64,000 nucleotides of DNA from Actinomycetes bacterium (GTDB lineage: Bacteria > Actinomycetota > Actinomycetes > S36-B12): the NCBI GenBank assembly GCA_024639145.1, contig JAHEIZ010000014.1, positions 4,543-68,542 on the forward strand, written 5' to 3'. A program made the translations under genes and the position numbers. Positions within the stretch are counted from its first letter, which is position 1. Every line of letters starts with the position of its first letter. Shown here piece after piece: positions 17,698-26,064 of the stretch. Under the pieces are notes generated by a model that saw only the letters and a list, made by a program, of their open reading frames with translations, was not told the origin of the DNA and did no database searches.

Positions 17698-19118
17698 CGC
17701 CCTCCCTCCGCTGGCAGAGTGCGCTCCACTGCAGCACGCCATTTGCCCATGAAGTGTGCCGCACGATCGGAACTCCAGCGCGGCTCGTACACGTGTTCCG
17801 GGCTCCAGTCGATCGTCGGTACTGAGTCCTGTGGCCGGATCGCGAGCCGACCCAGCGCAGCGGCGCCGAGTGCAGTTGCATGAGCGGAGGGGTAGACCTC
17901 AATCGGAAGCTGAAGGATGTCGGCCTGCGTTTGCATCAGCACGGCCGAGCGGGTCAGCCCGCCATCGACTCTAAGTGAGCGCAACGGCTCGCCGAGGTCA
18001 GCGGCACATGCGGCCGCGAGATCCGCGATCTGCGCCGCGATGCCTTCGAGCACGGCACGAATGAGCTGCCCGCGATCGGTCGCCAGGCTCATCCCGCTGA
18101 ATGCCGCTTTTGCATCGGCTCGCCACCAGGGGGCAGCGAGCCCGGCGAGTGCGGGCACGAAGGAGACATTGCCGCTGTCCGGTGCCGCAGCAGAGTCGAT
18201 ATCCCGAGCGTCAGAGATCAGGCCGAGTTCCTGCAGCCAGCGAATTGCTGATGCAGCCGTGAATACCTGGCCGTCAATGCAGTACTTCGACTCGCCTCGG
18301 ATTGTCCAGGCCACCGATGTCGTCAAACCATTCGTCGAGCGCGGGGCGGCAACGCCCGTGTTCATCAGTAGGAACGCACCAGTGCCGTAGGTGCACTTCG
18401 CTTCTCCCACCTCCAGGCATCCCTCCGCAAGAAGTGCAGCCTGCTGATCGACGATCACTCCGCCGACAGCTATCGAGCCGCCGAAGGCACTTGTCTCACC
18501 GATGAGTGCATCGCACGAAGTAATGCGCGGCAGAGCTTCGTCTTCAAGATTGAAATATCCGAGTAGCTCGTCATCCCATGCGCGCGAATCGAGATTCATG
18601 ATCAGCGATCGGCTTGCGGTCGACACGTCAGTGACGAATTCCCCGGTGAGGCGATGCAGCAACCATGAATCGGACGTCGTCACGACTCCCTCGCGAGTGA
18701 GGTTCTCGCGAATCCAGGTCATCTTCGGGGCGGAGAAATAGGGGTCGAGCACCAGACCGGATTGCTCGGCGATGACATCGGCCCGTGAACGAAGCCGATC
18801 GCACACTGACTGTGCCCTGCTGTCCTGCCATACCAACGCGGTAGTGAGCGGCTCACCCGTGGCGGGATCCCAGGCCAGAACTGTTTCGCCCTGGTTCGCT
18901 AGCGAAATCACCTCGATGGGTACGCCGGCCTCGTCGATTGCGCGACGTCCTGCGATGAGAATCGATTCGAGTAACTCGCTCGGGTCTTGCTCGACAGCCC
19001 CGTCAGCCAGGTATTGCGGGCGAACCGGCTCCTCTGCCAGAGAAAGAACCGTGCCCGCCTCGTCGACAACGATTGCCTTGGTGCCCGAGGTTCCCTGATC
19101 GATGGCAAGGACGCTCAC
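17694..19118 (-). CDS. FGGY-family carbohydrate kinase (glycerol-kinase-like)
   Basis: Has the N-terminal phosphate-1 motif (LAIDQGTSGTKAIVVD) and the C-terminal VDGGLTRSAVLMQTQADIL motif typical of GlpK/FGGY kinases. I place the start at GTG 19118. The track's 103 extra N-terminal codons overlap the divergent helicase gene and look non-coding. Confidence 0.85.
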   Translation of the reverse strand: MSVLAIDQGTSGTKAIVVDEAGTVLSLAEEPVRPQYLADGAVEQDPSELLESILIAGRRAIDEAGVPIEVISLANQGETVLAWDPATGEPLTTALVWQDSRAQSVCDRLRSRADVIAEQSGLVLDPYFSAPKMTWIRENLTREGVVTTSDSWLLHRLTGEFVTDVSTASRSLIMNLDSRAWDDELLGYFNLEDEALPRITSCDALIGETSAFGGSIAVGGVIVDQQAALLAEGCLEVGEAKCTYGTGAFLLMNTGVAAPRSTNGLTTSVAWTIRGESKYCIDGQVFTAASAIRWLQELGLISDARDIDSAAAPDSGNVSFVPALAGLAAPWWRADAKAAFSGMSLATDRGQLIRAVLEGIAAQIADLAAACAADLGEPLRSLRVDGGLTRSAVLMQTQADILQLPIEVYPSAHATALGAAALGRLAIRPQDSVPTIDWSPEHVYEPRWSSDRAAHFMGKWRAAVERTLPAEGGR

Positions 19119-19136
19119 GTCCGTACTCTCGCATAG

Positions 19137-21443
19137 TTGGCGTACGTTGATGCGATGGATGTCCTGAGTCGGCTCGCCGTCGGTCGCGCTGACCGACTCG
19201 TGCACTCCGAGCGCATCCCGGCCCGCACGGCCCGGCTTGCTGACTGGCCCGATTGGCTGGCACCGGAGATTCGCGATGCGTTTACCGAGCGCGGCATCGA
19301 TCGACCATGGATCCATCAGGCGGAGGCCGCGAACTTGGCGCACGGCGGCCAGCACGTGGTGCTTTCCACCGGTACGGCCTCGGGCAAGAGCCTCGGCTTC
19401 GGAATGCCCGTGCTCCAGGCGATCCATGACGGGCTAAGTGCTCCGAATGGTCGAGGTGCCACTGCTCTCTACCTCTCGCCCACCAAGGCCTTGGCGAATG
19501 ACCAGCTGCGATCCCTCTCAGGGCTCGGGCTCCCCTGGCTTCGTGCCGCCACCTATGACGGCGATACCGCTGTCGAGGCTCGCAACTGGGCGCGCAGTCA
19601 CGCGAACTACGTGCTCACCAATCCGGATCTCATTCACCACTCGATGCTCGGCTTCCATCAGAGCTGGGCACCATTTCTCAGACGCTTGCGCTACATCGTC
19701 ATCGATGAGTGCCACGCGTATCGGGGAGTATTCGGAGCTCACGTGGCTGAGGTAATTCGCCGGCTGCGCCGGATCTGCGAGTCGTACGGCGCCGCTCCGA
19801 TCGTTATCTGCGCATCGGCCACCGTCGCCCAGCCCGGTGATGCCGCAACGCGACTCGTCGGCTCTCCTGTTGCGGAGGTGACCGACGACGGTTCACCCGC
19901 GGGTGAACGTGTAATCGCCCTCTGGGAGCCGGAGCTCACCGCATTCACTGGCGAGAACGGCGCGCCGATCAGGCGCACTGCGACAGCGGAGTGCGCAGAC
20001 TTGCTCGCCGACCTGGTAGTCGAAGGGGCACAGAGCCTGGCATTCGTACGCAGTCGCAAGGCCGCCGAGTCGGTCGCAGTGATGACACGAGACCTTCTTC
20101 TCGATGTCGATCCCTCACTCACCGAATCCGTAGCGTCGTACCGCGGCGGCTACCTTCCCGAAGAACGGCGTGAGCTTGAGTCTCGCCTTCGCTCCGGAAG
20201 CCTGCGTGCGCTCGCCACGACCAACGCACTCGAGCTCGGTATCGACATCAGCGGGCTCGATGCTGTCATCACCGCCGGGTGGCCGGGGACTCGGGCATCG
20301 CTGTGGCAGCAGTTCGGTCGGGCAGGTCGGAGCGGAGCACCGGCACTGTCGATCTTCATTGCACGCGATGAGCCGCTCGACACCTACCTCGTGCATCACC
20401 CAGCAGCAATGCTCGGCCGACCTGTCGAGGCCAATGTCTTCAATCCCGAGAACCCCTATGTGCTTGCACCTCACTTGTGCGCCGCTGCATCGGAGCTACC
20501 GCTGACTGCTGACGATGCCGTGCGCTGGTTCGGAACCGGCTCACTTGCCCTGCTCGATTCACTCGTAGCCGACGGCTTCCTCCGCAAGCGCCCCACCGGC
20601 TGGTACTGGACCCGCCGAGATCGTGCGAGCGATCTCGCTGACCTTCGCGGCACCGGTGGGCCGCCGGTTCGCATCGTGGAGGAGGGCACCGGACGCATTC
20701 TTGGCACGATGGATGTCGCGGCAGCGCATGCCAACGCTCACCCTGGTGCCGTCTACATGCATCAAGGAGTGAGTCACCTCGTCACCTCCCTCAATCTCGC
20801 GGACTCCGTTGCAACGGTCATCGAGCAAGACGTCGACTACACCACATCAGCTCGCGAGGTCAGCGACATCCGCATTCTCGAGGAACTTGAGCGAGTGACC
20901 ATGGGTGAAGCGACCATGAGCTTCGGTCGCGTGCACGTGAGCTCACAAGTGGTCGCCTTCATGCGACGTCGAGCCATCACGGGTGAGCTCCTCGGCGAGG
21001 AGGCTCTCGACATGCCGGTACGCGAACTCGAGACCGCTGCGGTGTGGTGGACATTGAGTGACGGGCAGATCACCGGCTCAGGGGTGGAGGTCACGGAGGT
21101 TCCGGGTGCTGCCCATGCGGCCGAGCATGCATCGATCGGCATGCTGCCGCTGTTCGCCACCTGCGATCGCTGGGATATCGGTGGCGTATCCACTGCTCAT
21201 CACATCGACACAGGTCGCATGACTGTCTTCGTCTACGACGGTCTTGCCGGCGGCGCGGGTTTTGCCGAGTACGGGTACCACCACGCGCGCGAGTGGCTTA
21301 CGGCGACGCGAGTATTGATCGCGGAGTGCTCATGCGAGAGCGGTTGCCCCGCGTGCATCCAGTCACCGAAGTGCGGCAACGCCAACAATCCGCTCGACAA
21401 GCCCGGAGCGATTGCCTTTCTGGATCAGCTGCTCAGTCAGTAA
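19137..21443 (+). CDS. DECH-box helicase with C-terminal DUF1998 zinc module (YprA/MrfA-like; 'helicase/secretion neighbourhood' helicase)
   Basis: Has motif I TGTASGKS, motif II DECH, motif III SAT, and the C-terminal 4-Cys cluster CSCESGCPACIQSPKCGN. The start may be ATG 19155 rather than TTG 19137. Confidence 0.9.
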   Translation: MAYVDAMDVLSRLAVGRADRLVHSERIPARTARLADWPDWLAPEIRDAFTERGIDRPWIHQAEAANLAHGGQHVVLSTGTASGKSLGFGMPVLQAIHDGLSAPNGRGATALYLSPTKALANDQLRSLSGLGLPWLRAATYDGDTAVEARNWARSHANYVLTNPDLIHHSMLGFHQSWAPFLRRLRYIVIDECHAYRGVFGAHVAEVIRRLRRICESYGAAPIVICASATVAQPGDAATRLVGSPVAEVTDDGSPAGERVIALWEPELTAFTGENGAPIRRTATAECADLLADLVVEGAQSLAFVRSRKAAESVAVMTRDLLLDVDPSLTESVASYRGGYLPEERRELESRLRSGSLRALATTNALELGIDISGLDAVITAGWPGTRASLWQQFGRAGRSGAPALSIFIARDEPLDTYLVHHPAAMLGRPVEANVFNPENPYVLAPHLCAAASELPLTADDAVRWFGTGSLALLDSLVADGFLRKRPTGWYWTRRDRASDLADLRGTGGPPVRIVEEGTGRILGTMDVAAAHANAHPGAVYMHQGVSHLVTSLNLADSVATVIEQDVDYTTSAREVSDIRILEELERVTMGEATMSFGRVHVSSQVVAFMRRRAITGELLGEEALDMPVRELETAAVWWTLSDGQITGSGVEVTEVPGAAHAAEHASIGMLPLFATCDRWDIGGVSTAHHIDTGRMTVFVYDGLAGGAGFAEYGYHHAREWLTATRVLIAECSCESGCPACIQSPKCGNANNPLDKPGAIAFLDQLLSQ

Positions 21444-21927
21444 TGGGAAGGGTCGCGAGGTCACCTTCGATGACCGCGCGATCATCGTCATCGAGATCAA
21501 TCGCCGCCGCGTAGGAGAGATTGCGTTCCGCACGCGCGGCTTCCATGTCGCCGAGCACACAGTAGGCACGCGCCATCGCCTCGTGAGCTGATGCGGGCAC
21601 GAAGGAGCCCACCTCGAACTCCGTGCAGATCTCGCTCGCGCGACGACCGTGATACAGCGACTGCTCACCCCGACCGAGAACTGCGTAGACGCGGCTGCAG
21701 AGCCACTCGCCGATCGCCCACTGCTCCGGGCCGCCGACCTTGCCCCAGTGCCAGCGACTCGCATGCGCCGCATGCACCATGGCATCGTCTTCCGCTGGAG
21801 TACGCGACTCCATGCCCATGAAATCCCACGTGAGATTGAAGAGTTCACTCGCGAGATTGCGCTCGCCCAGCGGCTCGAGCAGGGCCTTGTCATCGGGCGG
21901 AGGCGCGTCACTGAACATGCCGGTCAT
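21433..21927 (-). CDS. conserved hypothetical protein (helical, TPR-like by eye)
   Basis: Coding-like composition. The likely start is ATG 21927 (MTGMFSD...), preceded by CAGGTGG. It converges on the helicase gene with an 11-nt overlap. I recognise no motif. Confidence 0.55.
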   Translation of the reverse strand: MTGMFSDAPPPDDKALLEPLGERNLASELFNLTWDFMGMESRTPAEDDAMVHAAHASRWHWGKVGGPEQWAIGEWLCSRVYAVLGRGEQSLYHGRRASEICTEFEVGSFVPASAHEAMARAYCVLGDMEAARAERNLSYAAAIDLDDDDRAVIEGDLATLPITD

Positions 21928-21946
21928 CTTGCCACCTGTCTTGTCG

Positions 21947-22210
21947 CTAGCGGTATGCCTCGCGACGGTGAGCGACCTTTCGAATCTCGATGATCCTGAT
22001 CTCCTCGTCAATGGAGTACAGGATGCGATAGTCGCCTACTCGCACGCGGTAAACATTCGTGCTTCCGACCAGCGGCGTAGATCGCGGCGGGCGAGGATGC
22101 TCGGCGAGCAGCTCAAGCGCGGCTTGAATTCGGAGCCTGAGAACGCGATCGAATCGCTCGAACGACTTCTGGGCGCGCGGGAGAATGATGACGGCGTAGG
22201 GCCGTGTCAC
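21947..22210 (-). CDS. relE: RelE/ParE-family toxin
   Basis: 87 aa. The pattern (...LLAEHPRP...VYRVRVGDYRILYSIDEEIRIIEIRKVAHRREAY) is the RelE/ParE fold. It overlaps the antitoxin stop by 4 nt. Confidence 0.85.
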   Translation of the reverse strand: MTRPYAVIILPRAQKSFERFDRVLRLRIQAALELLAEHPRPPRSTPLVGSTNVYRVRVGDYRILYSIDEEIRIIEIRKVAHRREAYR

Positions 22211-22440
22211 TCGAGCCCAAGCTCACGCTTGACTTGCTCCCACGGGATTCCGATCTCGCCCTCCGTCTCGGCGAGGGTCTCGAGATCCATGTAGTCCTCG
22301 AGTCGCTCCACGACGTTCTCGAAGAGCTCGTAGTCGACGAGAACCGCAATGGGCTTGCCGTGCTTCGTCAGGTAGAGCGGTTCACCCGATCGACGTGTCG
22401 CGTCGACGACCTCCGCGAGGTTTTCCCGGACCTTGCTCAT
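22207..22440 (-). CDS. yefM: Phd/YefM-family antitoxin
   Basis: MSKVRENLAEVVDATRRSGEPLYLTKHGKPIAVLV is the YefM N-domain. ATG 22440 has an AAGGAG sequence 7 nt upstream. The track start at 22470 is probably too long. Confidence 0.85.
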   Translation of the reverse strand: MSKVRENLAEVVDATRRSGEPLYLTKHGKPIAVLVDYELFENVVERLEDYMDLETLAETEGEIGIPWEQVKRELGLE

Positions 22441-22454
22441 GGGCATCTCCTTCA

Positions 22455-22469
22455 TGTACGAATTGTACA
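22455..22469. promoter_or_regulatory. TGTACA-type inverted repeat, candidate YefM operator
   Basis: The minus strand reads TTGTACAATTCGTACATG, with TGTAC/GTACA arms just upstream of the RBS. The E. coli yefM-yoeB operator is built on TGTACA cores. Confidence 0.4.
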
Positions 22470-22478
22470 ATTGCTTGG

Positions 22479-22823
22479 TCAGTCCGAGGCATGTCCTGCC
22501 CTCGCCGTGACCTCGAGGCGGGTCTGCCCGAGCCAGCGCGTGATCGCGGGGGCAGGAAGGCCGACGGTCACGAGCGCCTCACCGCCCTCGGCAGAGCAGG
22601 CGAGCAGTTCGGCCCCGTTCGCGACCGCGATGTGTCCGGCGGCCGTGCAGGAATCGCCTGCGCTCGAGGCCGCTGCCAGTGCTGCGAGATCGGCCGCCGT
22701 GCCGGCATGCGCGTGAGCCAGGGCGAGACCGCAGAGGGAGATGCCGGCACCGCCGACGATCGCCAGGGTGCCGGCTAGAACGAGCGACAGCAGCAACGCA
22801 TATCCGCCATCGCGCGACTTCAT
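22479..22823 (-). CDS. TadE-like pseudopilin (Rv3654c-type, helicase/secretion neighbourhood)
   Basis: 114 aa with an N-terminal hydrophobic helix (GGYALLLSLVLAGTLAIVG). It is the last gene of the tad-like operon and overlaps the preceding gene by 4 nt. Confidence 0.7.
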   Translation of the reverse strand: MKSRDGGYALLLSLVLAGTLAIVGGAGISLCGLALAHAHAGTAADLAALAAASSAGDSCTAAGHIAVANGAELLACSAEGGEALVTVGLPAPAITRWLGQTRLEVTARAGHASD

Positions 22824-23203
22824 GGCGCCGACTCCAGCGGTGCGGTCGCCGACTGTGTGACGGTGAAGCCAAGTTCACGGAACACCGGGATCGGCAGTGA
22901 CACCTCATGCGCGGCAGTGATGACGACTTCGGCGCCTCGCGATTCGAGGGCGAGTTCAGCATCGGGAAGCGAGGCCTGCAGTCGCGACATCACGGAATCG
23001 GTGTCATCACCGCGCGCGATGAGTCGTGCACTCGTGCGCACCGCATCGCCCATCGCGAGTGCGGTGAAGCCGACACCCATGGCCCACATCAGCGCAGCCG
23101 CCACGAGCAGCAGGAGCGGAAGCACCAACGCGGCCTCGAGCGTCACACTGCCGCGATCGCGGTGCACCGAGCCACGACTCGGTGCACCGCAACGCCGGAC
23201 CAT
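22820..23203 (-). CDS. TadE/TadG-family pseudopilin
   Basis: 127 aa with a TadE N-terminal motif (DRGSVTLEAALVLPLLLLV). Confidence 0.75.
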   Translation of the reverse strand: MVRRCGAPSRGSVHRDRGSVTLEAALVLPLLLLVAAALMWAMGVGFTALAMGDAVRTSARLIARGDDTDSVMSRLQASLPDAELALESRGAEVVITAAHEVSLPIPVFRELGFTVTQSATAPLESAP

Positions 23204-23207
23204 GTCG

Positions 23208-23387
23208 TTACGCGCCGATGAACGAGAACGCGCTCTTCAGCACGCTCCAGATCAGGTCACGCACCGTGTTGCTGGTCAGCAGCTTGATCAGGATTCCGCC
23301 GAGACCTGCAACTGCCACGGTGCCAACTGCGTACTCGGCAGTGGTCATGCCGCGGTCATCCGAGAACCGAGCCTTGAGCTTGCGCAT
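23208..23387 (-). CDS. Flp-type pilin (DUF4244-like)
   Basis: 59 aa: MRKLKARFSDDRG/MTTAEYAVGTVAVAGLGGILIKLL... This is a Flp prepilin G/xxxxEY processing motif followed by a hydrophobic helix. ATG 23387 has a strong GGAGGA RBS. The track ORF (160 aa) is over-extended. Confidence 0.85.
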   Translation of the reverse strand: MRKLKARFSDDRGMTTAEYAVGTVAVAGLGGILIKLLTSNTVRDLIWSVLKSAFSFIGA

Positions 23388-23508
23388 ATTTCCTCCTCGC
23401 GTCGAGTGCGACCTCGTGGCCGCTTCTGAACGATCGCGAATCAGGACACTCAAGTGAAGGGTGCGCCGAGGTCTGTGGATACGCGTGCGAATTCGCGGTG
23501 CCTGTGAA

Positions 23509-24222
23509 TTACGAATGTAGGAGCTGTTCCGCGAAGGAGGCGATGATCGGGGCAACACCGATGAGAAAGAAGGCGGGGAGGAAGCAGGCAGCCAATGGTG
23601 CCACCGCGCGAACCCCTGCAGATCTGGCCGCAATCTCCACCCGCACCCGATGCTCGCGACGCGCATCGCTGCTCGCACCTGCGAGAACAACGGCCAACGG
23701 TGCGCCTGACTGAGCCGAGCGCGTCATCGCAGTCGCCCACGGGCGCATCACTGCATGTGTCGAGGACCATGCCTGTTCTGCGCTCGCGCCAAGTGCCAGT
23801 GCGCGCGTGACCTTATCGAGTTCGATGCCGAGTGGTGGCCCAAGCGCTTGGCCGACGGCACGGAGTGCCTCCGCAGGCGGCGTGCCGGCCTCGAGTATCG
23901 AGATCATCACATCGAGGCCATCAGCCAACTGGCGCTCCAGCGCCTGTCGAATCCGGCGAGTCTCCGCCGACTCAAGTCGACTCACTAGCCTCGGTACCAG
24001 AAGCACTCCGACAACGGCGAGGGGAACTCCGGGCATGACCCCGAGCATGCTCACGCACCCCAGTGCCACGAGTGCTGCTGCGGCAGCTCCCTTCTGGCTC
24101 GCGGTCAGGGAACTCCTGCGCTGCGTGGGAGCGGTGACAAGACGCTGCAACCGTGGCTCGGGGCGGCCGGGGATCAAGGTGAAGACTGACAATGCGACGA
24201 GCAGTGCTGCCACCGTGCTCAT
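23509..24222 (-). CDS. tadC: TadC-like type II secretion system F-family membrane protein
   Basis: Start ATG 24222 (MSTVAALLVAL...) forms an ATGA overlap with the tadB stop. It has a T2SSF-like helical domain between TM segments. The track ORF carries a spurious 104-codon extension. Confidence 0.8.
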   Translation of the reverse strand: MSTVAALLVALSVFTLIPGRPEPRLQRLVTAPTQRRSSLTASQKGAAAAALVALGCVSMLGVMPGVPLAVVGVLLVPRLVSRLESAETRRIRQALERQLADGLDVMISILEAGTPPAEALRAVGQALGPPLGIELDKVTRALALGASAEQAWSSTHAVMRPWATAMTRSAQSGAPLAVVLAGASSDARREHRVRVEIAARSAGVRAVAPLAACFLPAFFLIGVAPIIASFAEQLLHS

Positions 24223-24902
24223 AGCAGCATCTCGACTCGGCTGACGATGCGCGATGTCCACCAGTAGCCCAGCCCGGCAAGCGCGATTCCCGCGAGCAGG
24301 CACGCGATTCCCGGAAGAGTCCCGAGGAGCCAGCCCAATGGATTGACACCCATCAACATTCCCATCGCGATTCCGAATGCCGGCAGGAGCATCAGGATGC
24401 GGGCAGTTGCGCGAGGGCCGGCCAACTGAGCCGACAGCTGAACCCGGATGTCCTCCGCGATTCGCGCCTGCTCGGCCATGCGAGCAACCGATATGGCGAG
24501 TCCGCCCCCCTGTTGCTCGGACACTGACCAGCACGCAGCAAGCGGCGCGAGAAGCGGCATCCGCACGGCGTCCTGCCGAAGTGCCGCGGCGATATCGCCG
24601 TCGAAGCGCACGGCCCCGCTGGCCGCGGGCCAGACTCCTTCGCCCGAGGAAATCAGTGCTTGTTGTTGCGGCATGCCGGCGCTGAGGTCTGCCGCGAGTG
24701 TCGCCAGTGCTTCGATCGCACGCTTGCGCGCCTCATTCGCCTTCTGCTTCCGGGCGGCGATGCGCAGAAGGGAGGCCGGCAAGGATCCCCTCGCCGGAGC
24801 TCCTCGGACATCTCCGACGATCAGTTCAAGGCGATGCCCCGGGTCGGGGCGGATGGCCAAGAACACCGCAGCGGCGATGAGACCAGCCGACATCCAATTC
24901 AT
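24219..24902 (-). CDS. tadB: TadB-like type II secretion system F-family membrane protein
   Basis: 227 aa with an N-terminal TM, a cytoplasmic helical domain and C-terminal TMs. It has an ATGA overlap with the ATPase gene. Confidence 0.8.
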   Translation of the reverse strand: MNWMSAGLIAAAVFLAIRPDPGHRLELIVGDVRGAPARGSLPASLLRIAARKQKANEARKRAIEALATLAADLSAGMPQQQALISSGEGVWPAASGAVRFDGDIAAALRQDAVRMPLLAPLAACWSVSEQQGGGLAISVARMAEQARIAEDIRVQLSAQLAGPRATARILMLLPAFGIAMGMLMGVNPLGWLLGTLPGIACLLAGIALAGLGYWWTSRIVSRVEMLL

Positions 24903-26059
24903 CGTGACTCCACTCGATGACGACTGAGCCTCGCCAGAAAGCCGTCTGCATAATCGTCAACGCGCGTGATCCCGTTCGAGGTGACAGCTATCGGACGCAC
25001 CGTGGCACGTGCATCAGCACCTCGCTCGAGTGCGTAGATCCCTTGCACGACTCGCTGCCCGCTCGGAAGTCGCTCGACATGGACAACGCAATCCAGCCCG
25101 GCACAGATCAACGAGTGCACGGCCATTCGATCGAGACCCGCCATCAGGGCGAGGGCCTCGAGTCGCGCCGGCACATCATCGGCCGAGTTCGCGTGCACGG
25201 TTCCGCATCCGCCTTCATGCCCGGTGTTGAGTGCCGTGAGCAGCTCGACCACTTCAGCGCCTCGCACCTCACCGATGCACAGCCGATCGGGACGCATGCG
25301 CAGCGATTGCCGCACTAGATCACGCATGGTGATGACGCCGGCACCCTCGACATTCGCGGTTCGCGCCTGCATGCGCACCACGTGACCGCAGTGAGGCGTC
25401 AATTCAGCAGAATCCTCGACGAGAACCAATCGCTCGCTGTCGCCGATGCGCGAGAGCAGTGCACCGAGCACGGTGGTCTTTCCTGCGCCCGTGCCACCAC
25501 TGATGACGAAGGAGAGCCGAGAGTCGATGAGGTCAGCGAGGAACTCGCCCATGACCGATGTCACGGCGCCTGATTCACCCAGTTCCTGAAGAGTGAATCC
25601 GGATGCCCGCGGGATACGAATCGAGATTGCCGTTCCGTCTGAGGACAGGGGAGGGATGATCGCATGCAGCCGCGCACCGTTGGCTAGTCGCGCATCGACG
25701 AATGGCGCCGCTTCGTCGAGTCGTCGGCCGGCACTCGCAGCGAGACGTTGAGCCAATCGGCGCACTTCGTCCTCGCCGGTGAACGTGATGTCAGTGCGGA
25801 TGAGGCCGGAGCCCTCATCGATCCAGACGGAGTCCGGCGCATTGACCAAGACATCGGTGATCCCCGGAAGCCGTAGCAAAGGATCGAGGCGACCAGCCCC
25901 CAGTAGCTCTCGTCGAAGTACTTCGACAAGTTCGAGTACGGCACTATCGCCGAGCAGCACGCCTTCCTCGCGGAGGGCTGCGGCGACATGGGCCGGCGTC
26001 GCCTCTCCCTGACCGGCAATGAGTCGCGTGCGCACGCGCTCGAGGAGTGAGGGCGCCAT
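24899..26059 (-). CDS. tadA: TadA/CpaF-family secretion ATPase
   Basis: Has Walker A GGTGAGKTT, Walker B/Asp box (LVLVEDSAEL), and a His box (TGHEGGCGTVHAN). Confidence 0.92.
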   Translation of the reverse strand: MAPSLLERVRTRLIAGQGEATPAHVAAALREEGVLLGDSAVLELVEVLRRELLGAGRLDPLLRLPGITDVLVNAPDSVWIDEGSGLIRTDITFTGEDEVRRLAQRLAASAGRRLDEAAPFVDARLANGARLHAIIPPLSSDGTAISIRIPRASGFTLQELGESGAVTSVMGEFLADLIDSRLSFVISGGTGAGKTTVLGALLSRIGDSERLVLVEDSAELTPHCGHVVRMQARTANVEGAGVITMRDLVRQSLRMRPDRLCIGEVRGAEVVELLTALNTGHEGGCGTVHANSADDVPARLEALALMAGLDRMAVHSLICAGLDCVVHVERLPSGQRVVQGIYALERGADARATVRPIAVTSNGITRVDDYADGFLARLSRHRVESR

Positions 26060-26064
26060 GATTC

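Noticed and set aside
19119-19427. The 103-codon N-terminal extension of the kinase ORF in the track (start 19427)
   Set aside because: The extension overlaps the divergent helicase gene and has Arg-rich, non-protein-like composition. The conserved FGGY N-terminal motif begins immediately after GTG 19118.
23388-24534. Track-length versions of the Flp pilin ORF (to 23690) and the TadC ORF (to 24534)
   Set aside because: The upstream parts are Arg/Pro/Ser-rich and overlap neighbouring genes. Internal starts with a strong RBS (23387) or an ATGA coupling (24222) give proteins of the expected size and N-terminal features.
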